Assembly: GCA_036656055.1 (NCBI GenBank)
Contig: JAVVOY010000004.1
Coordinates: 12,841 to 76,840, forward strand
DNA from: Bacteroidales bacterium
GTDB lineage: Bacteria; Bacteroidota; Bacteroidia; Bacteroidales; G3-4614
DNA length: 64,000 nucleotides
Direction of reading: 5' to 3'
The position numbers and the translations under genes were made by a program. Shown here piece after piece: positions 39,072 to 47,612 of the stretch (the stretch's first letter is position 1; every line of letters begins with the position of its first letter). The notes under the pieces are model-generated. The model saw nothing but the letters and a program-made list of their open reading frames with translations, was not told where the DNA came from and ran no database searches.

Positions 39072-40343
39072 ATGCTTACACTTGCAGCAATTAAAGAAAA
39101 CCCCGAAGATATAATACGTCGTCTGGCTCGTAAACGGTTTGACGCAAAAGATCTTATAGTAAAGATAATAGATATAGACAAGACAAGGCGCACAGCACAG
39201 GCCGAACTTGATTCATCACTCTCCACTCTTAAAACGCTATCTTCTCAGATAGGAATACTGATGAAGAATGGAGAAAAAACTAAGGCAGAAAAGGCAAAAG
39301 CCGAAGTTGCAGAATTGAAAGAGAAAGCGGCAAAATTAGAAGAGGTTATGACAGGAGCAGAAAAGGAGATTACCGATATACTGCTCACAATTCCAAACAC
39401 ACCCTGTGACATTGTTCCAGACGGAAAATGCGCTGAAGACAACATTGTAGTAAAAGAAGGAGGGCGTATTCCGGAATTAGGAGACGATGCATTACCACAC
39501 TGGGAACTTGCAAAAAAATATGATCTTATAGACTTTGAACTTGGTGTAAAGATTTCAGGTGCCGGATTTCCGGTTTACAAAGGTAAGGGAGCACGCCTTC
39601 AAAGGGCACTTATAACCTTCTTCCTCGACAACGCCAGAGATGCCGGATATCTTGAAATACAGCCACCGTATGTAGTAAATGCGGCTTCAGGATACGGAAC
39701 AGGGCAGCTACCCGACAAAGAGGGACAGATGTACCATTGCAATGAAGACGATCTTTACCTCATTCCTACGGCCGAAGTGCCGGTAACAAATCTATACCGC
39801 GATGTTATTCTCGAAGAGAAAGATCTACCGGTAAAGAATACAGCATATTCAGCCTGTTTCCGCCGCGAAGCAGGCTCTTACGGAAAAGATGTCCGCGGGC
39901 TTAACCGCCTACACCAATTTGACACGGTAGAGATAGTACGTATCGAAAAACCCGAAAACTCTTACGCCGCCCTCGACCAAATGGTTACGTACGTGCAGAC
40001 ACTTGTGGATAAACTTGAGCTTCCATGGCACATACTTCGCCTCTGCGGAGGTGATATGGGCTTCACATCGGCAATCACATACGATTTTGAGGTATTCTCA
40101 ACTGCACAAAAACGCTGGCTTGAAGTAAGCTCGGTTTCAAACTTTGAGAGCTATCAAGCAAACCGACTCAAATGCAGATTTCGCGGTGCCGATAAAAAGA
40201 CCAGCCTCGTACACACCCTCAACGGCAGCGCCCTTGCCCTGCCGAGGATTGTTGCTGCTCTTCTTGAAAATAACCAGTCTCCAGAGGGGATAAAAATACC
40301 AAAACTCCTCGTGCCGTATACAGGGTTTGATATTATAGACTAA
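39072..40343 (+). CDS. serS: Seryl-tRNA synthetase
   Basis: 423 aa. N-terminal coiled-coil arm. Class II motifs including LIPTAEVPVTN, FRREAGSYG and LNGSALALPR. Confidence 0.97.
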   Translation: MLTLAAIKENPEDIIRRLARKRFDAKDLIVKIIDIDKTRRTAQAELDSSLSTLKTLSSQIGILMKNGEKTKAEKAKAEVAELKEKAAKLEEVMTGAEKEITDILLTIPNTPCDIVPDGKCAEDNIVVKEGGRIPELGDDALPHWELAKKYDLIDFELGVKISGAGFPVYKGKGARLQRALITFFLDNARDAGYLEIQPPYVVNAASGYGTGQLPDKEGQMYHCNEDDLYLIPTAEVPVTNLYRDVILEEKDLPVKNTAYSACFRREAGSYGKDVRGLNRLHQFDTVEIVRIEKPENSYAALDQMVTYVQTLVDKLELPWHILRLCGGDMGFTSAITYDFEVFSTAQKRWLEVSSVSNFESYQANRLKCRFRGADKKTSLVHTLNGSALALPRIVAALLENNQSPEGIKIPKLLVPYTGFDIID

Positions 40344-40359
40344 CACTTTTAGTTTAAGA

Positions 40360-40407
40360 TTTTATATAAAGAGGGGGCGAAAAATTTCACCCCCTCTTTA
40401 TATAAAA
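40360..40407 (+). terminator. Long perfect hairpin downstream of serS (probable terminator)
   Basis: 18-bp perfect stem TTTTATATAAAGAGGGGG (40360-40377) / CCCCCTCTTTATATAAAA (40390-40407) with a 12-nt loop. Begins 17 nt after the serS stop. There is no separate T run beyond the stem. Confidence 0.6.
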
Positions 40408-40490
40408 TCAACAACTTTCCTGTCGGACATATCCAGAATTCAGCATATCCTATTGTAACTCCCCACTTTGTGTGGATGAGATTGTTTTTG

Positions 40491-40498
40491 TACCTTTG
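40491..40498 (+). promoter_or_regulatory. Bacteroidota -7 promoter box TACCTTTG upstream of ychF
   Basis: Exact TAnnTTTG match, with a TTTG (-33-like) 21 bp upstream at 40467-40470. Lies 100 nt upstream of the ychF ATG. Confidence 0.55.
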
Positions 40499-40597
40499 CA
40501 AAGTCTTTAAAAAGACTATAAAAAAGGAATAAATTATCAACATAAGCGCGACAGAAATTATCGTTCTGCCAAAGCATAAAAAAACAAATAATATTTT

Positions 40598-41701
40598 ATG
40601 GCATTACAATGTGGCATCGTAGGACTACCTAACGTAGGAAAATCAACCCTCTTCAACTGCCTATCAAATGCAAAAGCACAAGCCGCCAATTTTCCTTTTT
40701 GCACTATCGAACCCAATGTAGGCGTTATTACAGTACCGGACGAAAGACTTAACAAACTTGCCGAACTAATCCACCCGCAAAAAATAGTGCCAACAACGGT
40801 AGAAATAGTGGATATTGCAGGCCTAGTAAAAGGGGCAAGTAAAGGAGAAGGACTCGGAAATAAATTTCTTGCAAATATCCGCGAAACAGATGCCATTCTT
40901 CATGTGCTACGCTGCTTTGACGATGATAATATAACGCACGTTGATGGAACAATAGATCCTGTCCGCGACAAGGAGATTATTGATTATGAACTTCAGATCC
41001 GCGACCTTGAGACCATAGATTCACGCCTGTCAAAGATACAAAAACAGGCTCAGACAGGAGGTGATAAAACAGCAAAACTTGCTTGCGATGTATTGTTACA
41101 ATATAAAGATGCCTTAGAAAAAGGTAAAGCGGCAAGGACAGTGACTTTTGACACAAAAGACGAGCAAAAAATTGCACGCGACCTATTTCTTCTGACTTCA
41201 AAACCGGTACTATACGTATGTAACGTAGATGAAATATCGGCCGCAACAGGAAACAAATATGTTGAAATGATAAAAGAATCTATAAAGGAAGAAGACGCAC
41301 AGATGCTTATCGTTTCGGCAAAAATAGAGTCGGAGATTGCTGAATTTGAAAACTATGAAGAGAGGCTCGTTTTCCTCGAAGAGCTCGGACTTAAAGAATC
41401 AGGGGTAGCACGCCTTATAAAATCAGCATATAAACTGCTTAACCTCGAAACCTATATAACAGCAGGAGAGCCCGAAGTAAGAGCATGGACATACCTAAAA
41501 GGGAGTAAAGCCCCGCAATGTGCAGGAGTAATCCATACCGATTTTGAAAAAGGGTTCATACGCGCCGAGGTAATAAAGTACGATGATTACATAAAATACA
41601 GATCAGAAACCGCATGTCGCGAAGCCGGAAAGATAAATATAGAGGGGAAAGATTATGTCGTACAAGACGGCGATATAATGCACTTCAGATTTAATGTATA
41701 A
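40598..41701 (+). CDS. ychF: Ribosome-binding ATPase YchF
   Basis: 367 aa. G1 motif [15 protein letters not shown], and C-terminal TGS-like region with [15 protein letters not shown]. Confidence 0.97.
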   Translation: MALQCGIVGLPNVGKSTLFNCLSNAKAQAANFPFCTIEPNVGVITVPDERLNKLAELIHPQKIVPTTVEIVDIAGLVKGASKGEGLGNKFLANIRETDAILHVLRCFDDDNITHVDGTIDPVRDKEIIDYELQIRDLETIDSRLSKIQKQAQTGGDKTAKLACDVLLQYKDALEKGKAARTVTFDTKDEQKIARDLFLLTSKPVLYVCNVDEISAATGNKYVEMIKESIKEEDAQMLIVSAKIESEIAEFENYEERLVFLEELGLKESGVARLIKSAYKLLNLETYITAGEPEVRAWTYLKGSKAPQCAGVIHTDFEKGFIRAEVIKYDDYIKYRSETACREAGKINIEGKDYVVQDGDIMHFRFNV

Positions 41702-41727
41702 GAGCAGATGTAAATTTACTGAAGATT

Positions 41728-42315
41728 ATGAACAGCATCTCTACCGTCTGCGTATATTGCGCGTCAAGTTCTAAAGTTGATGTAGATTTTACTAATGCAG
41801 CGTACAACCTTGGCGCAGAACTTGCAGAAAAAGGGATTCGCATTGTTTTCGGAGCCGGGAAATGCGGTCTTATGGGAGCGCTAGCAGAAGGTGCATTAAA
41901 AAATAATGGTGAAATCGTAGGAGTTATACCAAAGTTTATGTACGATGAGGGGTGGGGAAATGAAACCCTCACAAGGTTAGAGATAACAGCCTCTATGCAC
42001 GAACGCAAAGAGCGGATGCTGCACCTCGCCGATGCCGTTATAGCCCTACCGGGAGGATGCGGAACAATGGAAGAGCTGATGGAAGCCATCACATGGAAAC
42101 AACTTGGATTGTTTTCGCGCCCCATTATAATTTTGAATACCAATGGATATTACAATCCACTGATAAATATGTTAGAGAGCGCAATACGCAATCTATTTAT
42201 GCGCGACGAACATCGCAATATGTGGATTGTAGCAGAGACATCACACGAGGCAGCAGAGGCAATAAAAAATGCTCCAAGATGGAGGGATGATGCCCGAAAG
42301 ATAGCCGCAATCTGA
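41728..42315 (+). CDS. LOG-family (TIGR00730) nucleotide phosphoribohydrolase
   Basis: 195 aa. GAGKCGLMG and the diagnostic PGGxGTxxE motif (LPGGCGTMEEL). Confidence 0.9.
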   Translation: MNSISTVCVYCASSSKVDVDFTNAAYNLGAELAEKGIRIVFGAGKCGLMGALAEGALKNNGEIVGVIPKFMYDEGWGNETLTRLEITASMHERKERMLHLADAVIALPGGCGTMEELMEAITWKQLGLFSRPIIILNTNGYYNPLINMLESAIRNLFMRDEHRNMWIVAETSHEAAEAIKNAPRWRDDARKIAAI

Positions 42316-42364
42316 GACATTGCTGCAAATACATTTCGGTTTTCTCACCTCTTAAAAATGAGAT

Positions 42365-43258
42365 ATGGTACAAGACGAAAAAGAGACAAGCACATACTCA
42401 ACCTCAGAAAACACAGAAGCTGTTCTTCCGGAGGTATTATCGGTCAAAGAAAACTTATCTTCAGTTAAAACAAACACGCCTGCACCATTTTACCCTCACT
42501 TCGCCGACACCCTCTACACACACGACTACCCACAAGAGATACTTCCGGCACATAACCTGAAAGAAGTTACAGTCTCAATCCCAAAAGGGATTAAAGGAGA
42601 GAAGCTCCCATACAATGCAATATACGATAACTGGCTATTCATACTAATATTCTCAGTTTTCATAGTAGTACTGATAGCCATGCGAAGGGGAGGAGTAATA
42701 CTGGGACAAATCTTTGCAAAAGATAGACGAAATGAGAATGAAATGAGAAGCACAGTAACAGAATGGCAGCTAAGCAGTTCAATGATAATCATGTCGATGA
42801 TCATGTGCGGAATTTCAATGTTTTACACAATAACCACGTCACACCCAGAGATAATTGTAAAGACACTCGTAAAGCCTATAATAACAGCAACAGCAGGAAT
42901 GTTTGCACTGTTTCTATTTCAACAAATAGTAATATGGATTATAGGATTTATATTCTTTTCAGCAAAAGAGGCTGCTATATTATGCCGAAAAAACCAAGCA
43001 TATTATATGGTACCCGGCATAATACTGATCCCTTCGGTAATAATAATGGTATATTTTCCAAATATCCTCACTGTTGGCATTATAATTGCCATAATTACAG
43101 CAGCATTATTACGTATAATCTTCTTATGCCGCATATTTAAATTTTTTCTATACAATATATATAGTTTATTTTATATTATTTTGTACCTTTGCGCCGTTGA
43201 AATCACACCACTATTAGTTATATATAGAGGTGTGGTTAAGGCTTTTTTTTGTTTGTAA
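42365..43258 (+). CDS. DUF4271-like polytopic membrane protein
   Basis: 297 aa. Soluble N-terminal ~90 aa followed by about six predicted TM helices. The position directly upstream of a HemD-like gene is what I recall for DUF4271 in Bacteroidota. Confidence 0.6.
   Translation: MVQDEKETSTYSTSENTEAVLPEVLSVKENLSSVKTNTPAPFYPHFADTLYTHDYPQEILPAHNLKEVTVSIPKGIKGEKLPYNAIYDNWLFILIFSVFIVVLIAMRRGGVILGQIFAKDRRNENEMRSTVTEWQLSSSMIIMSMIMCGISMFYTITTSHPEIIVKTLVKPIITATAGMFALFLFQQIVIWIIGFIFFSAKEAAILCRKNQAYYMVPGIILIPSVIIMVYFPNILTVGIIIAIITAALLRIIFLCRIFKFFLYNIYSLFYIILYLCAVEITPLLVIYRGVVKAFFCL
43184..43191 (+). promoter_or_regulatory. Bacteroidota -7 promoter box TACCTTTG inside the 3' end of the DUF4271 gene
   Basis: Exact TAnnTTTG match 86 nt upstream of the TTG start at 43277. 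Confidence 0.45.
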
Positions 43259-43276
43259 AATCTAATTTATATTACG

Positions 43277-44041
43277 TTGAAAATCAGAAAGATTCTTATT
43301 TCTCAACCCAAACCAGAGAGTGAGAAATCCCCTTACTATTCAATAACAGAAAAGTATGGAGTGGAGATTATTTTTCGTCCTTTTATAAAAGTAGAGGGGC
43401 TCTCTTCGAAAGAATTCAGACAACAAAAAGTCTATATTGAAGAGTATACGGCAGTAATTTTTACCGCCCGCACAGCCATTGACCATTTCTTCTCATTGTG
43501 CAAAGAGTTGCGGGTAACTATCCCTGAAACTATGAAATATTTCTGCACAACCGAAGCAATAGCACACTATCTTCAGAAATATATTCAATACCGTAAACGC
43601 AAAGTATTTTTCGGAGCAACAGGCAAATTAGATTCACTTATTCCATCAATCACAAGGCATAAGACGGAAAATTTCCTATTCCCCGTATCTGACGTTAACA
43701 ACGGAGAGGATCCTATCTTAGATAACATCGGGATAAAATATACAAAAACCGTAATGTATCGCACGGTAAGCAACGACTTCACCCCAGAAGAGGCGTTTGA
43801 CTACGACATGCTGGTATTCTTCAGCCCGGCAGGAATAAACTCGCTTCTAAAGAACTTTCCTAACTTTGAACAAGGTGATATAAAGATAGGGTGCTTAGGA
43901 CAAACAACTGCAAGGGCAGTACAAGAAGCAGGTCTGCGCCTCGACTTTTCAGCCCCTACACCTGAAGCACCATCCATAACTGCAGCCTTAGAACTCTACC
44001 TTAAAGAGCAGGCAAAAGCAGAAAAAGCAACAAAGAAGTAA
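43277..44041 (+). CDS. hemD: Uroporphyrinogen-III synthase-like (HemD-fold) protein
   Basis: 254 aa, TTG start. KILISQPKP N-terminus, VIFTARTAIDHFF and LVFFSPAGINSLL segments typical of the HEM4 family. Confidence 0.75.
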   Translation: MKIRKILISQPKPESEKSPYYSITEKYGVEIIFRPFIKVEGLSSKEFRQQKVYIEEYTAVIFTARTAIDHFFSLCKELRVTIPETMKYFCTTEAIAHYLQKYIQYRKRKVFFGATGKLDSLIPSITRHKTENFLFPVSDVNNGEDPILDNIGIKYTKTVMYRTVSNDFTPEEAFDYDMLVFFSPAGINSLLKNFPNFEQGDIKIGCLGQTTARAVQEAGLRLDFSAPTPEAPSITAALELYLKEQAKAEKATKK

Positions 44042-44071
44042 ATTTTATTTTATCTTTGTATTCGTTTAACC

Positions 44072-44100
44072 GGAGTTGATAACTCCATATCATTTTTTCT
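44072..44100 (+). terminator. Weak terminator-like hairpin after the HemD-like gene
   Basis: GGAGTT (44072-44077), 3-nt loop, AACTCC (44081-44086). A T6 run follows after a 6-nt spacer. Confidence 0.35.
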
Positions 44101-44123
44101 CTGTCTTGCATATAACAGCAAAA

Positions 44124-44131
44124 TATATTTG
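44124..44131 (+). promoter_or_regulatory. Bacteroidota -7 promoter box TATATTTG upstream of rnpA
   Basis: Exact TAnnTTTG match 37 nt upstream of the rnpA TTG start at 44168. Confidence 0.5.
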
Positions 44132-44167
44132 CAAGTAAGGGTAATGCGTTAATCTTATGCCATTATT

Positions 44168-44563
44168 TTGACTGCTCTCAAACCATACGGACTGTCGCGC
44201 GATGAAAGATTACGCGGAAAGACAAGGATAGACCGTCTCTTTAAAGACGGACGAAGTGTTATATCATTTCCGTACCGCGCAGTATTTGCAGAAAACGATA
44301 CAGGAAACGTAGCAATAATGGTCTCAATACCCAAAAAGGGATTCAAACACGCTGTTGACCGTAATCTGCTACGCCGACGCACAAAAGAGACCTACCGCTT
44401 GAATAAAATAAGGCTCATGGAGACACTAAACGGCAAAGGGTTAGATATTGCCATTATCTATATCGACAAAAACATTACAGAGACTCCATTCCTGCAAAAA
44501 AAAATGTGTGGACTATTAGATAAAATTGCAGTAGAAACAACAAAAGTATTATGGGAAAAATAG
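44168..44563 (+). CDS. rnpA: Ribonuclease P protein component
   Basis: 131 aa, TTG start, basic. RNR-type motif [15 protein letters not shown]. Confidence 0.9.
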   Translation: MTALKPYGLSRDERLRGKTRIDRLFKDGRSVISFPYRAVFAENDTGNVAIMVSIPKKGFKHAVDRNLLRRRTKETYRLNKIRLMETLNGKGLDIAIIYIDKNITETPFLQKKMCGLLDKIAVETTKVLWEK

Positions 44564-44772
44564 TGTCGTATATACTGCTACTTCCTGTGTACTTTTATAA
44601 GATGTGCATATCACCTCTCTTCCCTCCATCATGCCGTTACACACCCACATGCTCAGAGTACGCCATACAATCCATAAAAAAACACGGCCCGGCAAAAGGA
44701 TTATGGCTTGCCATAAAAAGAATATCCAAATGCCACCCTTGGGGAGGAAGCGGTTACGATCCAGTACCATAA
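44551..44772 (+). CDS. yidD: Membrane protein insertion efficiency factor YidD
   Basis: 73 aa. Conserved [11 protein letters not shown] and [12 protein letters not shown]. Overlaps the rnpA 3' end by 13 nt. Confidence 0.93.
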   Translation: MGKIVSYILLLPVYFYKMCISPLFPPSCRYTPTCSEYAIQSIKKHGPAKGLWLAIKRISKCHPWGGSGYDPVP

Positions 44773-44776
44773 AATA

Positions 44777-45418
44777 ATGATATATACCGATATACATACG
44801 CACCGCACGCCACCGGATACAGATTATGTTTTAGCAATACACTCCATTCACAATTTAGAAACGAAAATATTGCCACAATATCTGTATTCATCCGGAATAC
44901 ACCCATGGTACATAACAGAAAATAGTACGTGTGAAGCATTAGATAACTTAATGAAGATTACCTTATTACCCAATGTAGTGGCAATAGGAGAGTGCGGATT
45001 AGACAAACTTTGCAAAACACCATACCAACTACAAGAAAAGATATTCATACAACAAGCAGAGCTATCCGAAGAGATAAAAAAACCACTTATAATACATGTA
45101 GTGCAGAGTTATAATGAAATTATAGCTCTGCACAAAGTCATAAACCCCACGCAACAATGGATAATACACGGTTTCAGAGGCAAGGACAAAACAGCAGAGA
45201 TGCTTATGCGCCAAGGAATATATTTGAGCATAGGGGAGAGATTCAATCCTGAGCTACCCAAAGCAATTGCGTACGACCGCATTTTTGTGGAGAGCGACGA
45301 GAGCTGTTTACCGATAGAGACCATATATGCTTCGGCGGCCCGGGCATGGAGTATAACAGCAGAACAATTTGCAGGAAGTACTGAAAAACTATTCCGCTAC
45401 GTGTTTAAGGCAATATAA
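44777..45418 (+). CDS. TatD-family metal-dependent hydrolase
   Basis: 213 aa. N-terminal DIHTH metal-binding motif, GECGLD, and IHGF / ESD segments of the TatD fold. Confidence 0.85.
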   Translation: MIYTDIHTHRTPPDTDYVLAIHSIHNLETKILPQYLYSSGIHPWYITENSTCEALDNLMKITLLPNVVAIGECGLDKLCKTPYQLQEKIFIQQAELSEEIKKPLIIHVVQSYNEIIALHKVINPTQQWIIHGFRGKDKTAEMLMRQGIYLSIGERFNPELPKAIAYDRIFVESDESCLPIETIYASAARAWSITAEQFAGSTEKLFRYVFKAI

Positions 45419-45837
45419 GAAACCGTTTCCATCCGTCTATTCAATAATCAGGTGAGATATTAATTTTAGCTGATCAATCTTTTCTAAAATACACATGAAT
45501 TTAACATTCCATCCACTGTAAAAGGGTTTATGGTTAATTTTTTACGGCTAAAAATAAAATCAAAGAACATTTATATATTTCCGTTATTATACTTATAAAC
45601 ACCAAATTATCATGAAAAAAAATAGCTGCTTTAACCGCAATCGCACTATCGCTGTACATAGTACCGGCTAATTGCCAAATAGCCGTAGACGGTTCAGGCA
45701 GGGATAACATATACGGTAAAGAGTGACGGAAAGATAGAGTAACTGCTAAGAGTACCAAACTGCTTTACAGCATATGCAATATGCGATACGGACAGGTAAA
45801 GGGAGTGATAAATTTTATTTATTCAGACTAAATTGTG

Positions 45838-45845
45838 TATCTTCG
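45838..45845 (+). promoter_or_regulatory. Near-consensus -7 promoter box TATCTTCG upstream of tyrS
   Basis: GTATCTTCGCA at 45837-45847 recurs almost identically upstream of mutS (56651-56661). Lies 26 nt upstream of the ATG at 45871. Confidence 0.45.
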
Positions 45846-45870
45846 CAACCTGATAACAAAATTGTATTAT

Positions 45871-47169
45871 ATGAATTTTAACTTTGTAGAAGAACTCCGT
45901 TGGCGTGGCATGATTCACGATATTATGCCGGGGACTGAAGAACAGTTGCAAAAGGAGATGACCACAGCTTACGTTGGGATAGACCCTACGGCAGATTCGT
46001 TACACATTGGGCATTTAGTAAGCGTAATGATGCTCAGGCACTTCCAAAGAGCAGGGCACAAACCTATGGCGTTAGTAGGCGGAGCAACCGGAATGATAGG
46101 AGACCCCTCACTGAAGTCGCAGGAGCGTAATCTGCTTGATGAAGACACTTTGCGCCATAACCAAGAGGCAATAAAAAAGCAATTAGCAAAATTCTTAGAT
46201 TTCACATCAGATATACCCAATGCCGCAGAATTAGTAAATAATTACGATTGGATGAAAGGATTTTCTTTCCTTGATTTTATACGCGACATCGGAAAACACA
46301 TCACGGTAAACTATATGATGAGCAAAGACTCAGTAAAACGCCGTCTCGCAGGAGAAGGAACTACGGGGTTATCATTCACTGAATTTTCATATCAGCTTGT
46401 ACAGGGATACGACTTTACATTCCTTAACAAGACAAAAGGTTGCAAATTACAGATGGGTGGCTCAGATCAATGGGGCAATATCACAACCGGAACCGAGCTG
46501 ATAAGGCGAATGAACGGAGATGAAGCCTTTGCACTCACATGCCCACTTATAACAAAGGCCGATGGGGGAAAATTCGGAAAGACCGAATCAGGTAACATCT
46601 GGCTTGATCCTAAATATACATCTCCATACAAATTCTACCAGTTCTGGCTTAACGTAGGCGATGAAGATGCCGAAAAGTATATAAAGATATTTACCGAGTT
46701 GACATGCCAAGAGATTGACTCTCTCACAAAAGAACAACACGATGCACCGCATCTTCGTCCTCTACAAAAACGGCTGGCAGAGATAATAACCGTAATGGTA
46801 CACTCGCGTGAAGCTTACGAATCCGCAGTAGAGGCATCGCAGATACTATTTGGAAACGCAACATCCGAGGCACTCCACAGAATAGATGAAGATACTTTGT
46901 TGAGCATATTTGAGGGTGTTCCGCAATTTGAAATAAGCAGAACAGAGCTCGAAAACGGAATAAAAGCAGTGGACCTTCTTGCAGAGAAGACCTCCGTATT
47001 CCCATCCAAAGGAGAGATGCGCAAGACAGTACAAGGCGGTGGCGTTATGATAAACAAAGAAAAACTAACGGAGTTTGATGCAATTATAACATCAGAAGCC
47101 CTGCTTAACGACAAATATATTCTTACACAACGCGGTAAAAAGAACTATTTCCTTATTATTGCAAAATAA
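45871..47169 (+). CDS. tyrS: Tyrosyl-tRNA synthetase
   Basis: HIGH motif (LHIGH) and KMSKS-type motif KFGKT. C-terminal S4-like domain. Preferred start is the ATG at 45871 ([13 protein letters not shown]), because the promoter-like box lies inside the longer track ORF that starts at 45835. Confidence 0.96.
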   Translation: MNFNFVEELRWRGMIHDIMPGTEEQLQKEMTTAYVGIDPTADSLHIGHLVSVMMLRHFQRAGHKPMALVGGATGMIGDPSLKSQERNLLDEDTLRHNQEAIKKQLAKFLDFTSDIPNAAELVNNYDWMKGFSFLDFIRDIGKHITVNYMMSKDSVKRRLAGEGTTGLSFTEFSYQLVQGYDFTFLNKTKGCKLQMGGSDQWGNITTGTELIRRMNGDEAFALTCPLITKADGGKFGKTESGNIWLDPKYTSPYKFYQFWLNVGDEDAEKYIKIFTELTCQEIDSLTKEQHDAPHLRPLQKRLAEIITVMVHSREAYESAVEASQILFGNATSEALHRIDEDTLLSIFEGVPQFEISRTELENGIKAVDLLAEKTSVFPSKGEMRKTVQGGGVMINKEKLTEFDAIITSEALLNDKYILTQRGKKNYFLIIAK

Positions 47170-47192
47170 TTACTGCGCGGATTTTGCAGTAA
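47170..47192 (+). terminator. Weak hairpin directly after the tyrS stop
   Basis: TTACTGC (47170-47176), 9-nt loop, GCAGTAA (47186-47192), followed by CGCATTTTT. Confidence 0.3.
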
Positions 47193-47205
47193 CGCATTTT
47201 TGCAT

Positions 47206-47213
47206 TAATTTTG
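47206..47213 (+). promoter_or_regulatory. Bacteroidota -7 promoter box TAATTTTG upstream of tRNA-Gln
   Basis: Exact TAnnTTTG match 56 nt upstream of the tRNA 5' end. Confidence 0.5.
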
Positions 47214-47268
47214 CACTCGCTACGAAGAGTAGCCTTGAAAAAGGGGAGTCTCTGCGAGCAATAAGGAT

Positions 47269-47339
47269 TGTCTTATGGTGTAATGGTAGCACTGCAGTTT
47301 TTGGTTCTGCCTGTCCAGGTTCGAATCCTGGTAAGACAA
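47269..47339 (+). tRNA. tRNA-Gln (anticodon TTG)
   Basis: Hand-folded cloverleaf. Acceptor TGTCTTA/TAAGACA (U1-A72, as in bacterial tRNA-Gln), D stem GTGT/GCAC, anticodon loop TTTTGGT, T arm CCAGG-TTCGAAT-CCTGG. 71 nt, CCA not encoded. Confidence 0.9.
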
Positions 47340-47340
47340 C

Positions 47341-47381
47341 AGATAGAGTGAGTTGGAAACGACTCACTCTATCTTCTTTTT
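47341..47381 (+). terminator. Rho-independent terminator after tRNA-Gln
   Basis: Perfect 13-bp stem AGATAGAGTGAGT (47341-47353) / ACTCACTCTATCT (47362-47374), 8-nt loop, followed by TCTTTTT. Confidence 0.85.
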
Positions 47382-47534
47382 ATGGCTTAGACAACATGAC
47401 CATCTGAAATTTATACAGTAAATGCAGTTAGGGAGATTAAGAAATCTATAAATAAATAGGATAAGAATTTTCAAAAAAGGGGTGACAACTACGGTAGTTT
47501 TTTTTCAGAATATTGTTCTTAACAAAAAAGATTA

Positions 47535-47542
47535 TAACTTTG
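47535..47542 (+). promoter_or_regulatory. Bacteroidota -7 promoter box TAACTTTG upstream of trkH
   Basis: Exact TAnnTTTG match 71 nt upstream of the ATG at 47613. Confidence 0.5.
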
Positions 47543-47612
47543 CCTAAAAGTAGCGAGTGTAATCGGAGGAGTTTTTCTCTGTTTTTGCTACATAACGTTT
47601 AGGCAAAATTAT

